The position numbers and the translations under genes are program-made. The notes beneath the pieces were generated by a model. The model saw only the letters and a program-made list of their open reading frames with translations. It had not been told where the DNA came from and made no database searches. 64,000 bases of DNA, taken from Dimorphilus gyrociliatus. Its lineage: Eukaryota > Animalia > Annelida. The stretch covers positions 1,364,001 to 1,428,000 of the forward strand of contig CAJFCJ010000003.1 in NCBI GenBank assembly GCA_904063045.1, read 5' to 3'. Positions 16,749 through 28,300 of the stretch are shown here, one piece after another (the stretch's first letter is position 1; every line of letters starts with the position of its first letter).

Positions 16749-17602
16749 ATGAAAATTTATGGCGTCTATATAATTAATAGGGCGGGTGGTTTAATATTTT
16801 CCCGTGATGCCAGTCCAAAAATTGAAGTTGAAAAGACATTTAGCTATCCGATTGATATTAAATTCAAGTCTTATGACGAAAAAATTGTTGTTGCTTTTGG
16901 TCAAAGAGACGGAATCAAAGGTTCATATTTGTTCTTTATTTAAAACAAATTATTGCAATGTATTTTATCCACAGTGGGTCACGTAGTATTATCCATAAAC
17001 GGCGTTGACACCGGATTTCAGGATGAGGGGAGGTCATATAATATGACCAAGCTTAAAGATGGTAGAGAAATATTAAAGATACTCGACGATGAATCCTCCT
17101 ATCCCTTGAGTATTAAATTTGGACGATTACGCATGACTGCCAACGAAAAGATAATGCTACTTAGTATGTTCCACTCGTTCGTATTTTTCTTTGATATAAT
17201 AAATATGAAAGCTTTAAGGGAATTTTACAATTTTTTCATGTAACTCAACAGAATTTTTGCAATGTCAGTTCAATTATCTCCAGTTCCAAGGAGTTCTGGT
17301 ATTGAAGTATTAGAGGCTGATACGTTTAAATTACACTGCTTCCAAACCCTTACTGGTATAAAATTAATTGTGATAACCGATCCCCGGTGTTCAGATATGA
17401 ACATATTCCTCAAGAAATTATATGAACTATACGCGGACTATGCACTTAAAAATCCATTCTATCAGAATGATATGCCAATTAAGTAAGAGTTTATTATATA
17501 TTAACATTTCGATATAATATAAGTTTATTTTTTTAAAGGTGTCCGCTTTTTGAAGAGAAACTTACTCAAGCAATCGATACAAGTGAAAGAATTTCAAACT
17601 AA
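16749..17602 (+). CDS. TRAPPC4: Trafficking protein particle complex subunit 4, 4 exons
   Basis: [66 protein letters not shown] and [16 protein letters not shown]. Confidence 0.96.
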
Positions 17603-18362
17603 AAGACATTGCTAGCTATACTTAATCATTGAATAGTTTCAATTTCCTACTTTGTCAGACTATATTTTCCTGAATCTAATAGAATTTATTTAAAATTGAT
17701 TTACTAAACATCTGAAACAGTTTCATCTTCAAACATATATGAATATAAACGTATTGTAAAATCATTACGCAATCAAAAATGCTAATTTTCCTCTGTCCTA
17801 CAACAGAACATGGTTTCTATCCATATGTAAAGTTTATTTTATTTTGAATGGTGATCCAATTTCGTTTGATAAACAAACTATCACAGTAGCTTAATCTTGA
17901 TAAGATTCTTTACAAAAATTTCCAGTCTTTTAGTATAGACCAGTCCATCAACAAAATCTAATCAATTCTCTATTGTTGCCAAATCTATCAAAAACTCCTT
18001 CAAGAGGTCTCAACGTTGGATGAAATATACTCTTTAGACTATCACTATCATCTTATTGATAATAAGATTTACTATAAATCTCAAAGAGAATATTATCAAT
18101 GATTATTTTATACCTGTCTAAGAAGTTTCAGCTTACTTGATTGTTTTTTTTCTTTTAATATTTGAGTTAATCCTAGGGATAAAGTTTATGACCTATATCC
18201 AATTTAAAGGGTTGGATTTTTTTGTCTATAAACAATAATGGATTCGATTTAGAGAAGTTTTCAAGCAATAAATAATAAAGCTTATGATTTAATGTTAAAT
18301 AACTTTTATTAAAACTATATTGCTGTTGAAAACATTCAAGTTATATATACAAGTTTTCTGTT

Positions 18363-18959
18363 TTATGATGCCATGGAAATTTCAATTTTTGTCTTTAATT
18401 GCTTAATTAGCGCGTGATTCATGAATAATAACAATCCGTTGGGTAAGAAAACATCTAAAATTGATTTAATTCTATCGGGCTTCAACAGAGCATTTGATGG
18501 CTGACTAAAAATATTGCAATAATCTTGCATATACTTTATCATTATTTTCATATTGTTTTCCGCTAATATTCTATTCTCATCTGGATGTAGTACGAATAAA
18601 AGTGTAGTATTTATAGCTGAATTCCAAAGGATAATTGGTTTCGAACGACGAGTTCTTATACTAAAATAACCCATTTGGGTTGTAGGGACAATTCCATCAG
18701 ATGTAAGATTATTTAAGTCTTTTTCGTAAGTCTTAACATCGCAATTTCCCACTTCTTTCTTGGCTTTTTCAGCAATCTTTTCAAAGAATTTGTCTCTTAT
18801 ACTTCTTGTTTCGGCATCACTTAAGCTTTCAAGTTTTTGAGTATAAATGTTTTTATCTTCCTCTAATTGAAACATAGATTGATCTGCTGTGAAAGATTCC
18901 CTATACAGAATTCGACATTCTTTTCCAATAACTGTCGTTATCAAAAATGCGAGCACCAT
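18363..18959 (-). CDS. AP5S1: AP-5 complex subunit sigma-1, intronless CDS (start taken at MVLAF; the ORF-track start at 19013 is a TTG)
   Basis: N-terminus MVLAFLI..CRILY and C-terminus LLKPDRIKSILDVFLPNGLLLFMN match AP5S1 (human MVHAFLI..CRVLY, LLRADRIEGILTRFLPHGQLLFLN). Confidence 0.85.
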   Translation of the reverse strand: MVLAFLITTVIGKECRILYRESFTADQSMFQLEEDKNIYTQKLESLSDAETRSIRDKFFEKIAEKAKKEVGNCDVKTYEKDLNNLTSDGIVPTTQMGYFSIRTRRSKPIILWNSAINTTLLFVLHPDENRILAENNMKIMIKYMQDYCNIFSQPSNALLKPDRIKSILDVFLPNGLLLFMNHALIKQLKTKIEISMAS

Positions 18960-19078
18960 CATAAAGAGCGATATAAAAGAATAACATAACGAAGGAGTAT
19001 ACGGACTTTGCAATTTTGGCTTACAACTGGGCCTATATTCGCGCAGATATATTATCGTTACCTCTGCAAGTGTTTGCT

Positions 19079-19671
19079 ATGAATAAGCTCATTCAAGCTT
19101 TTCGCTCTGCACCAATCCGTATTAACTTATCAAAAGTTTCTAGTAAGTTATTAATTCACTTACCTAACAAGTCAATCTAGATTACCTAACAAAATAGTAG
19201 ATTTGATAGACGATTAATATCAAAATAAAAATTTCAAATGTCACCCAAAAAGTGTAAAATATCTGTTACCTGAGCGCTATTGTCCTTCGAGAAAGGAACG
19301 GAAATTACAGTCGGGTTCCAAAATAGAATACTATTATTATTTTTGTTGTAACAAATCAATCTTAATACGGAACGTAAAGATTTCTAATTTTGAATTTTTT
19401 CCCAGCCCCGTTAACCTACTATTCTACAAAGGAGTCTTCCGGTAAAGGTGGCCTTAAAAAACCTACTACACCTGTTGGAAGGTTTGATGACCCAGTAGAA
19501 ACTAAAGAGGGAAAACTAGAGCCTCAAACTCCTCAACCTACAGAAGACGATCCCTACGCACCCTTTCCAGGAGGAAAAAATCCCGTAACAGGTGAAATTG
19601 GTGGACCTAGGGGACCCGAACCAACAAGATACGGAGACTGGGAAAGGAAAGGTCGAGTGATTGATTTTTAA
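19079..19671 (+). CDS. SDHAF4: Succinate dehydrogenase assembly factor 4 (DUF1674), 2 exons (19079-19142 and 19406-19671)
   Basis: Hallmark C-terminus [30 protein letters not shown]. Upstream exon [21 protein letters not shown] looks like a mitochondrial presequence and joins in phase 1 via A|GTAAGT...CCCAG. Confidence 0.92.
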
Positions 19672-19788
19672 AACTTGTAAGTTCAAAGCGATCAATACTG
19701 TAGTTGCTAAGGTAAACAAATCAATTATATATGGAGTTTTAGACGTGCCTTAATTTCAGAAAAAAGGATATCCACCAAAGTCGCCATT

Positions 19789-21249
19789 ATGAAATTCCTT
19801 ATTTACTTTATAGCAATGATTGTTTTCCACCAAGCGTACTCTAAAATTTGTTTAAAGTCTCATAATGTAATCCTGCGTGTAGATACACGCTTGTCATGGC
19901 TTGAATATCTGAAAAATTTAAAAACAGCATTACTACCAGTTGAATTGGATCAGACTATTTCTTTTTCAAAGGAATGCGAAGGGTCGCCTTTGAATGCCAT
20001 CAATGATTTCATCTTTAATTTTCCTTCATCAGTTAACGTCACCGGAATTCGAAATCAGCTAGAATTGATATCATCTGAGGGATCTGCCGAGTTAAGTAAG
20101 ACGAGTTCCCAAAATGCTTTAAGAATATCTTTAAAGATTAATCATCGTCAGTCCACACCAAGTGTTGTAAAATTAACATTGAAATGGAGAAATGAAATTA
20201 GACTACGAAATCAAAGGGGAGACAAACATTCATTCGACGCTTTAATTGAGCAACTATATCCAAATATTGAGGTAATAGGAAATTCTTTTAGCATTAAACC
20301 TTCTACACGATTTACTGCAAGCGTTGTTCTACCAAGGCACATGTCAAATATCCGTGCAACTGCCGTACCTATTTCTAATGGGAATGAATGGAAAAAATAT
20401 CCTGTAGCATCTAGGAAAAAGAATGCCACAATATTTATAGTTAACTACGAAATGTCGGATGCAACAAAATTAGCAGATATTCAACTGAAAGAATTTTATA
20501 TTAAAATGTCTGTTATATTCGACATGAGCGGAGTTCTTAATTATCGAAAAGTAACGGGCTATTGTAAGGATTTGATTGATACTCCTTATTATAATTTTAT
20601 CTGGATAATTATATTGTTTATTGGCATCTACGTATTTTTGAATTTCTTCTTTAGTCTTGATGCAGTTTTTATAACAAAAGAAATGTATTTTTTCCACTGG
20701 GTAATGTGGGGCTTTAAAGCAATTATACTAATCGTCAATTTATTACTACTTATAGCAAACTATAATAATGCTAAGATAGGAGCTTGTCATGCTCTGTTCG
20801 GCGGAATAACTTATCCCTTTTTAGCTTATTCGTTTTGGGCTCATGTAACGCCTGTCTTCTTTTTAGTTGTATTTGGTTCGACGCTTTTTAGTATTGTGGG
20901 TAATCAAAAATTGGATTTAGTTGAACAGGCTGTATTTAATTTGGAAGCTGGAAAAGCCAGAACACCTAAAGCACAGCAAGCTACTAATTACATAAAAATT
21001 CTTATTTCTCGAATTTTTTGCACTTGTTTATTTATAGGTTTAGCTATTTTGAACTTTAAAGTTTTCATTGTTGATGCTGATATTGTTAATTTTGCACGTG
21101 CTTGTTCCGTAACGTTTTTATCTATGTTTCTATCGTATTTCCTTAGGCCTTTATATATATTCGATTATAAAGTTTTTACCCATGCAAGATCTATTCTGGG
21201 TATTTTTGGTGGATTTTTTGTTGGATGTATCTATAGATTTATGTATTGA
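19789..21249 (+). CDS. Uncharacterised 486-aa membrane protein: signal peptide, about 250-aa ectodomain, about 6-7 hydrophobic helices; intronless
   Basis: Long ATG-initiated ORF in AT-rich DNA with a hydrophobic N-terminus and several hydrophobic segments from aa ~268 onward. AATAAA follows near 21300 and 21330. No family recognised. Confidence 0.8.
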   Translation: MKFLIYFIAMIVFHQAYSKICLKSHNVILRVDTRLSWLEYLKNLKTALLPVELDQTISFSKECEGSPLNAINDFIFNFPSSVNVTGIRNQLELISSEGSAELSKTSSQNALRISLKINHRQSTPSVVKLTLKWRNEIRLRNQRGDKHSFDALIEQLYPNIEVIGNSFSIKPSTRFTASVVLPRHMSNIRATAVPISNGNEWKKYPVASRKKNATIFIVNYEMSDATKLADIQLKEFYIKMSVIFDMSGVLNYRKVTGYCKDLIDTPYYNFIWIIILFIGIYVFLNFFFSLDAVFITKEMYFFHWVMWGFKAIILIVNLLLLIANYNNAKIGACHALFGGITYPFLAYSFWAHVTPVFFLVVFGSTLFSIVGNQKLDLVEQAVFNLEAGKARTPKAQQATNYIKILISRIFCTCLFIGLAILNFKVFIVDADIVNFARACSVTFLSMFLSYFLRPLYIFDYKVFTHARSILGIFGGFFVGCIYRFMY

Positions 21250-22390
21250 GGTGAATTAAAAAAAAAATACAGATGGCGTAAGTGGTAGAGAGAAAATTTA
21301 ATAAAAATAGAGAAAAAGAACGCTTTGTCAATAAAAAATGACTAAGACATCCCGTCAACGCGATAGAAATCGAATTAGTCGAACGAGGATCGAATTATCC
21401 CAATTTTTCCCGCCCACCACCTCTTCATTCTTTCCTTTTCTCCTATTGGCTCTTCTCTAAAACATTGTATAGAAAAAAGAAAAGTCTCTCTTTCTGAAGG
21501 GTCGGAAAATAAATCCTTCCAGCCCCAACTTAATCCCACTAGACGTTTGGACGTTGTGCCGAACAAAAGCAAACTTTTTATCTACCTAATCATCCGAGCC
21601 TAGACATCAAAGGGTATCGGCGGGAGAGCTGATCACGTGACCCGGCCCAGACTAAAAGCCGATTGGTTAATGTTTGTATACTCTAGTCAAGCTAACTAGC
21701 CTCACTCCCCCCTGCCTTCAATCGTCCGCTTGCAGTTTTCTAGTTAACATCTGCTGTTATTTTGCTCCGTTAGAAGAGGGTGAAGAAAGAAAGAAGAGAA
21801 CGAAGGATAATATTCTCATATAAAGAACATATTTTTAAAGGTTGGTATGTAGTTTCTTTTATTTTCCAGAAAGAGATAGCTGAACAAAAAGGGGAAAGAA
21901 AAGAAAACGAATAGGAGGATGGACAGGCAGAAGATATGAAGAGATACAGATAGAAAAAAGGTGTGGAGGAAGGGAAAATAGACAAAAAAAGGATCAGAAA
22001 GAATAGACAAGAATGATATAAAAAGTTAAATTAAAGTTCCAAATTAACCAAACGCGCGCTTTAACATAGTTTATGCAAGCTTTAAGCTGTTAAGGAGCCA
22101 GCGAGAGTTTTTCAGCAGCTAATTAACGCTTGTGTAAAAAAGGTGCTAATTGGAAAGGATGTTAAAAATAGATCATGCGTTTCTTGAAAGAGAAAATATT
22201 TTCTTTCTCTTAAAACGGTAAAGTGTTAAAAAGAGAGATTTCTTCACTACTGTATCGTTCTTCTTTAAAGACTCCTACTCCGCACCGTTTATCATTCTTC
22301 CGTTATCGCAAAAAATTCAGTGTTGTATTTATGATTAGATAGTATAATTCGTATAAGGCTTTACTGTTATTTTTCGACAGTGGTGTGATA

Positions 22391-25300
22391 ATGTACTATA
22401 ATGGCGTCTATCTATTCCTAACCGTTCTAATCATCAATACCATCCTCATCTGGTCCAAGAAGCATGGAGGTAAGCGTGATATCTTTATATAAAATGCATG
22501 CATTATTGTATTGGGAAATATCGAATCAAGTGTCTAACAATAAAATTAACAAGGTCGTAAAAATATTAATCGCACCGATTGTATAACCGTATGATTCCTT
22601 GTTTTCGACACATTCTTTGAATAATAGATAAAGTTATAATAGGCGTCATTTTTGCGAGAGTATCTCTCAATTCACGAGAATGATTCCCAGTAAAACAACA
22701 TTCAAAAGAGCGGAAAGAGGCAATTTTCCCATAGCATAAAGAAAGAACAATAATGACGTCACACTGCATAACAGAAGGTGGAAAAAAAGGAGTTATAATC
22801 GGTAAAGGTAGGAAAGAGAACTATACTAAAAGTTCCAAAAAGAAAGCTAATCCTTGCTGACGGCGCTAAATAGGCCTATGAATATAAATGGACAAAGGGC
22901 TTCGGATAACCTGACTTTACTTAGTCCTATACGACCCTTATCACGCCTTTAACAGTAATCGTAGATTCCCGTAATCGAACATTAGTTAAATACTACATAA
23001 AAAAGTGAAAAAAAAATGATTTAATCGAGAAAAAGAGCAATAAAAAATGGATTATATAGTGACGAAAAAGGGGTAAAATTGATTATTAATAGGGCCGAGT
23101 CGATAAAAAGGCAGGCTGCTAAAACTCCAAAGTAAACAAGGTCGTTGAAAGCGCCTTGTCTAGCGAAAAATTCTATTCTATACCCTCGCAATGAATATTT
23201 TATATAGGCTATAGGACTAGCACGAAAAAATGGAACAATAAGCGCCTTGTTGAACTTGTTGAATAAACTACGCCGATAATCCATTAGCGAGCTCAATTAT
23301 CAAAAGTCGTTATCATATGCGATATTCTCATTTATTTTGACTTAGACATCTATTTTTTTATATATATATATACATAAAATTCTTTGTATATATAGTCTTA
23401 TCTTGTTTTATGAAGAAAAACAGATTTATACAATACCCTCTCTATTCTTGACAGAACCACCAAAATTAAAGGTAAATTCTCAGCCCATAGTGCATTCAAG
23501 AGTTGGTGGCTCGCTCAAATTAAATTGCCCAATATTAAATTTTAAACCAAGAGGAGATTTCGAATGGTTCATTAAAGAAGAAGGAACTTGGGTAAGTTAA
23601 TTGCTATTTATTCTGTTTGTTTTGAAACTCGTTAGTTTTATAACAAGAAATGTTAAAGAATAGATGAAAAAATTTGTCAGCAGTTCGAGAAGAGTATTAT
23701 AAATGAGACCATTGTAAAGTATTAAGTGGAGAGGGGCTAGGCGGAAGTTTGGATTTACTTTTAAACGATAACATACAGATACGCTGACAGTTGTTTATCA
23801 GAGTATTCAATCGCATGAAATTCAATTCTTGGCCAAATTTTTTTTCAAACAAAAAATCAAATATCAACATAGTTTTACTATTATTTTATACAAGAGAAAA
23901 AAATCGATATCTAAAACTTATTATCTTACCCATTACATGAAATAATTCGTTGTAGAAGGAATTATGTAACATTATACATGTTAAGTATAAAGAAAGGAAT
24001 TTTTCAACTACCTCTTTCGAACCGACTCTGATAAAAAAACATATTGCTTTTTGGATTAGCGTATCTTACAAAGCATTAAAGAATAAAGGAATTGCTGTAA
24101 TCTTCTTATTCTTGTTTAAAGTTGCATTTATAATTTTCAACCGTAAATATTCACCATATTTTGATTCACTTTTTTATTTAAAAAGTTCTGTTTACACTAT
24201 TAATAACAACATAGGAAGAGAGAGAGAGAGAGAGAACAAGTGCATAAACGTAAAATTTATACCAGCATCCTTTCATTGTAATGTAATACTGGAGTTTATC
24301 AACAAGTCCGTACAGTTTTCACTATTATTCGATATTCAGTTGGAAAAGTAAAAAAAAAACTAACGACTGCAAAATAAAAAAAAGAAAGAAAATAATAAAA
24401 ACAGAATATAAAAAATAAAATACCAAAATGATTTCTACTGCAAATAAATGAAAATATAAAACATTTACCAACAGCATTCTAAATTGTATAAAAAGAGAAA
24501 AGTATTGGATTTTATAGCTTATTAATAATGTAATTATGAATCAAAGTATATAAGTTTGGTAAAGAAATAGGCCATTTATGCATTGGGGGGCATTATCACG
24601 GTTTTACACGTTAATAGGAAGCTTACCTTGACTAAAACCGATTGATATATTGCCGGTCTCTTTTTTTTTTCGAACGCTTGCGCTCTTCTTTATTTTTATA
24701 ATGCGATTATAATTTGTTGTTTTTTTGAATAAACAATTAATAGTGAATATATCCTGTGGTGAAAACAAAACCTGTTAAAACACTTAAAATCCTTTTAACT
24801 CTTTAAACAGCTGTTGTATGACGAGAGGATTAAAGTTAAAAAATCTCAAATACTTATAAAGAACCTAACAAGAGAAGATGAGGGAGAATACAGATGTAAA
24901 GCCACGAATGGTTATGGTGCTCTTAGCTTTACTTACTACGTCTACGTTCGAGGTTTGTATATTATGCTTTACTTAAAAAGAAACGCCCAAAAGCCCCAAA
25001 TGCTTTAGTTCTTTCGGGTAGGGACAGCTGCTCTCGAGCGATAGCTATTGCTAGTAGTTTTTACTAGACTGATGAAATTATTATCGCATATACCTAAGTA
25101 AATATTATCCATCAAAGATAGAGACATTCGTATCCATCAAACACTTTTTGATAATTTAATAGTATATATTTCATAACAAAATAATTCTTAGATGTTATGA
25201 TGTATATCTGAATTGTATATTATTATACAAAAATAAATATACATTGTATATTTATCTGTAATATACATCTAATATGTACAAATAACTTAATGTATTTGTA

Positions 25301-28300
25301 CAACTCAATATAGATGTTTTTTCTTTCATATTCTCTGCTTTTCACCTAATTATCCACATTTTATATGCTAACTTCTAGTCAATATGCTCGTATATAAGTG
25401 TGATCTATACTCTCTATATATACTAATATATATTAGTATATATATATATATATCAGGAAGGAAGACAGTGTCCCTCTTCGGGAATTGATGCATATAGATA
25501 TGGCGTGACCGGCGACGCTGACCGACGAGTAATTTACTATAGGCCTACGTACTACTTCCGTTTCCATAGTGACGTTTCGCGGAGAAGATTTCGCAATTAA
25601 GCCTACCGCCCTTTACGCTTGCGAGTTATGGCGATTGATCCCGCCGCCAGCCCCCTAGGCCTACGCACGTCGGCGTTGCTACGGCAACGTTCTTATTCAT
25701 ATATAATTCTTTAACCCGCACTTCCATCTTCATACCACCTTTTCGCTCAATTGCCGAATAATTGACCGTTACGTGCTGAAATAAATTGCGCAATTAATAC
25801 CCGATATCGGACAACAGAGAAGCCGACTCATTATTAAGTGATCATAGCTGAAGAAAATTACGAGATGATAAATACTTTAGAAGCAGCTAGAACGCGAGTT
25901 AGCTGTCATGAGAAGATTTATGGTGTACGACCGTTTTATGGGCGTAAATGATCTGTTCGGGGAGGAGTGTTGCAATATTGTACCGTTTTGTTACGGGTTA
26001 AGAGGGTTGAGGAATGCCTTAGGCGGTAATAAGTTTGGTCAGGTGACCCGAATGTAAATAATGGGAGTATGGTGAATTATTTACCAGAGGGATTTTCGTA
26101 AAAACAGTCTTTAGTCCTTCATTCCCTCTTCTCTCTTTCTTAACCCCTCGCCCCATCGTTTCCTTTTTACACTCTTGACAGGTGTATTTTCTCGATTTTA
26201 AGATAATAAGCAGTAGATTAAAAAAAACCTTAGACGGGAATTGAAATGAAATAGGAGGACCAATCGACAAAAAAGTAACCATCCTATCGTATTTCTCTCG
26301 GCGTTGGAGAAAATAGATTGAAAGCACAGATAAATACCCTTTAGATATTCAACTATGTTTTTTTTAACTGCCATCTGTCTAAAACGAGAAATAGGAGGTA
26401 GCACTAGGAGAGAGGATGAGGGCGTCGTCACGTGATGCTGTTACATCATATCGTCAATCGAGTTTTTTTTATTCGTTTTGTATATTCAAAAAACACATTC
26501 CAGTCATGTTGAATAAGAGAAACTTTGATAAGGGAATAAGATAAACACGTTCCATAAATTTGCAACTTTTCCCCTCGCCATCTGCCTATATGATTTTGTC
26601 GTTTTAATACGACGAGAAGGCCTATTTCAGATACGTCACGCAACGTTTTACGCTTTTAGAAATAAAGTTAATAAAATGATCTATTCGTTCTTTCCAAATA
26701 TCTTTATCTTATAAAAACATAAACATTGAAATAGATAATGAATACCTACGGTAAATATGTGCAGCAGATATATACGCTTATATTCATTTATATATGTTTA
26801 ATATAAATTCGTTCGGACGTGTGCACGGCACATATCACGTGATACGTTTCCCTCAGCGCTAATTAAATCATCACCCTATTCATCGTACGTTACATACGCG
26901 AGGACAGATGTCTCATACCCTTTCCAAATATTTTTTTTAACTATTGAAATTGAGGGCATGAAGGGAAGAGGAAAGGGAATAGAATGAAAAAAATCACGAA
27001 TTGCAGAAAAAACCCTAACTACCTGTCGACAATAAAGCCCTGAAGCAAAGCCCTCAAGGGAAATTGTTTCGTACAAAAGTATAGGGCGAAGCCTTTACAG
27101 AAAGAGGAGAGCAATAAACGTAAGGCTGGTGAAAGCTGATCTTTTACAAACATTTCATTGCGATCTTTAAGTGAAAGAAAAAGAAATAACAGAGGGAACG
27201 AAGGCCTTTCGGTTAAAGAATCCAATTAGAAAAATCCCTTATTACGCAATAGTTGCCGAAAGACGGCGTTAATCAGACGGATATCCAGCCGTTTCCAACT
27301 TGTTTATTCGGTAAACAATCTACGGGAAAGGGAATGGGTAGGGGGGTAAAAACTCCTGCAGTGTGTCAAAGGGTCACGTGACTTATTATCCGCAGATGAG
27401 TCCTTACGATACGCTTCATACCGTCTAATCTTTCATCGTCTGGGCTCTTTCACATAAAATGTTCTTATTTTTTTAAATCGTTTTTTTCATTGCTCCCCTT
27501 TTATGTTTACAGATGGGACGAGCGCCTATATGAAGAGAATCTGTAAGTGTCTCTTTTTTCTGACCAACAGATGGCGTTAATACAATTTCAATTAATTTTC
27601 ATCCTTATTGTATCCTCTAGCCTCGCCCAAGTTCATTAACAAACAAAATAACAAGACAAGAAAAGTAAGGGAAAATCAATATGTTATGCTTGACTGCAGC
27701 ACAAGAGCTGAACCAAAGGCGAAAATTGAATGGTATCGCGAAGATACATTATTGGAAGAGGAAAAGGACGAGGATTATCTTAAACTAGAGAACGTTAAAC
27801 GGGAAGACTCCGGAAAGTATAAATGCAAAGTTTCGAATGTTTTGGGTAAAACTGTAAGAAGTTGGTCTCTTCAAGTTGGACGTAAGTAACAACAAAGTTA
27901 ATTTTAAAAAAGAATCTTATAAACATTCTCAGTAGTAACATTCTGTTGCAATTCATAAATAGACGATATTATTTACAAGTCGTGTTTTTCTTCTTTCCAG
28001 CTAATTATTTTCGAAACGAAGAGCTCGGAGACATTAAATTCTTGGCTAGTGAACGTCAATTGTTCGTTAATCGTTGGGAGGACGCCGAATTTAAATGTCA
28101 AATACGATTAACAAATCCCAGAGCATCGAAGCCGAAAATGGAAGTAAGTAGTACTTTCCGGTTAAATAGAATACTTAAAAAATAGTTTATTTATCTTTCT
28201 ATCGCTTCCTTCCGTTGTAGACCTATATACAGTTATATATATATATTGGTATATATGTATTGAAATCATTAAATTCCTGCAATTTTTTCAGTGGGCAAAA

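Noticed and set aside
19143-19190. Duplicated TTACCTAACAA as a repeat or mobile-element trace
   Set aside because: Only two short copies; better explained as minus-strand splice donors (see the AP5S1/SDHAF4 finding).
23021-23296. 87-91-aa minus-strand ORF in FGFRL1 intron 1 as a nested gene
   Set aside because: ORFs of this length are expected by chance several times in 64 kb, and it has no homology or splice support.
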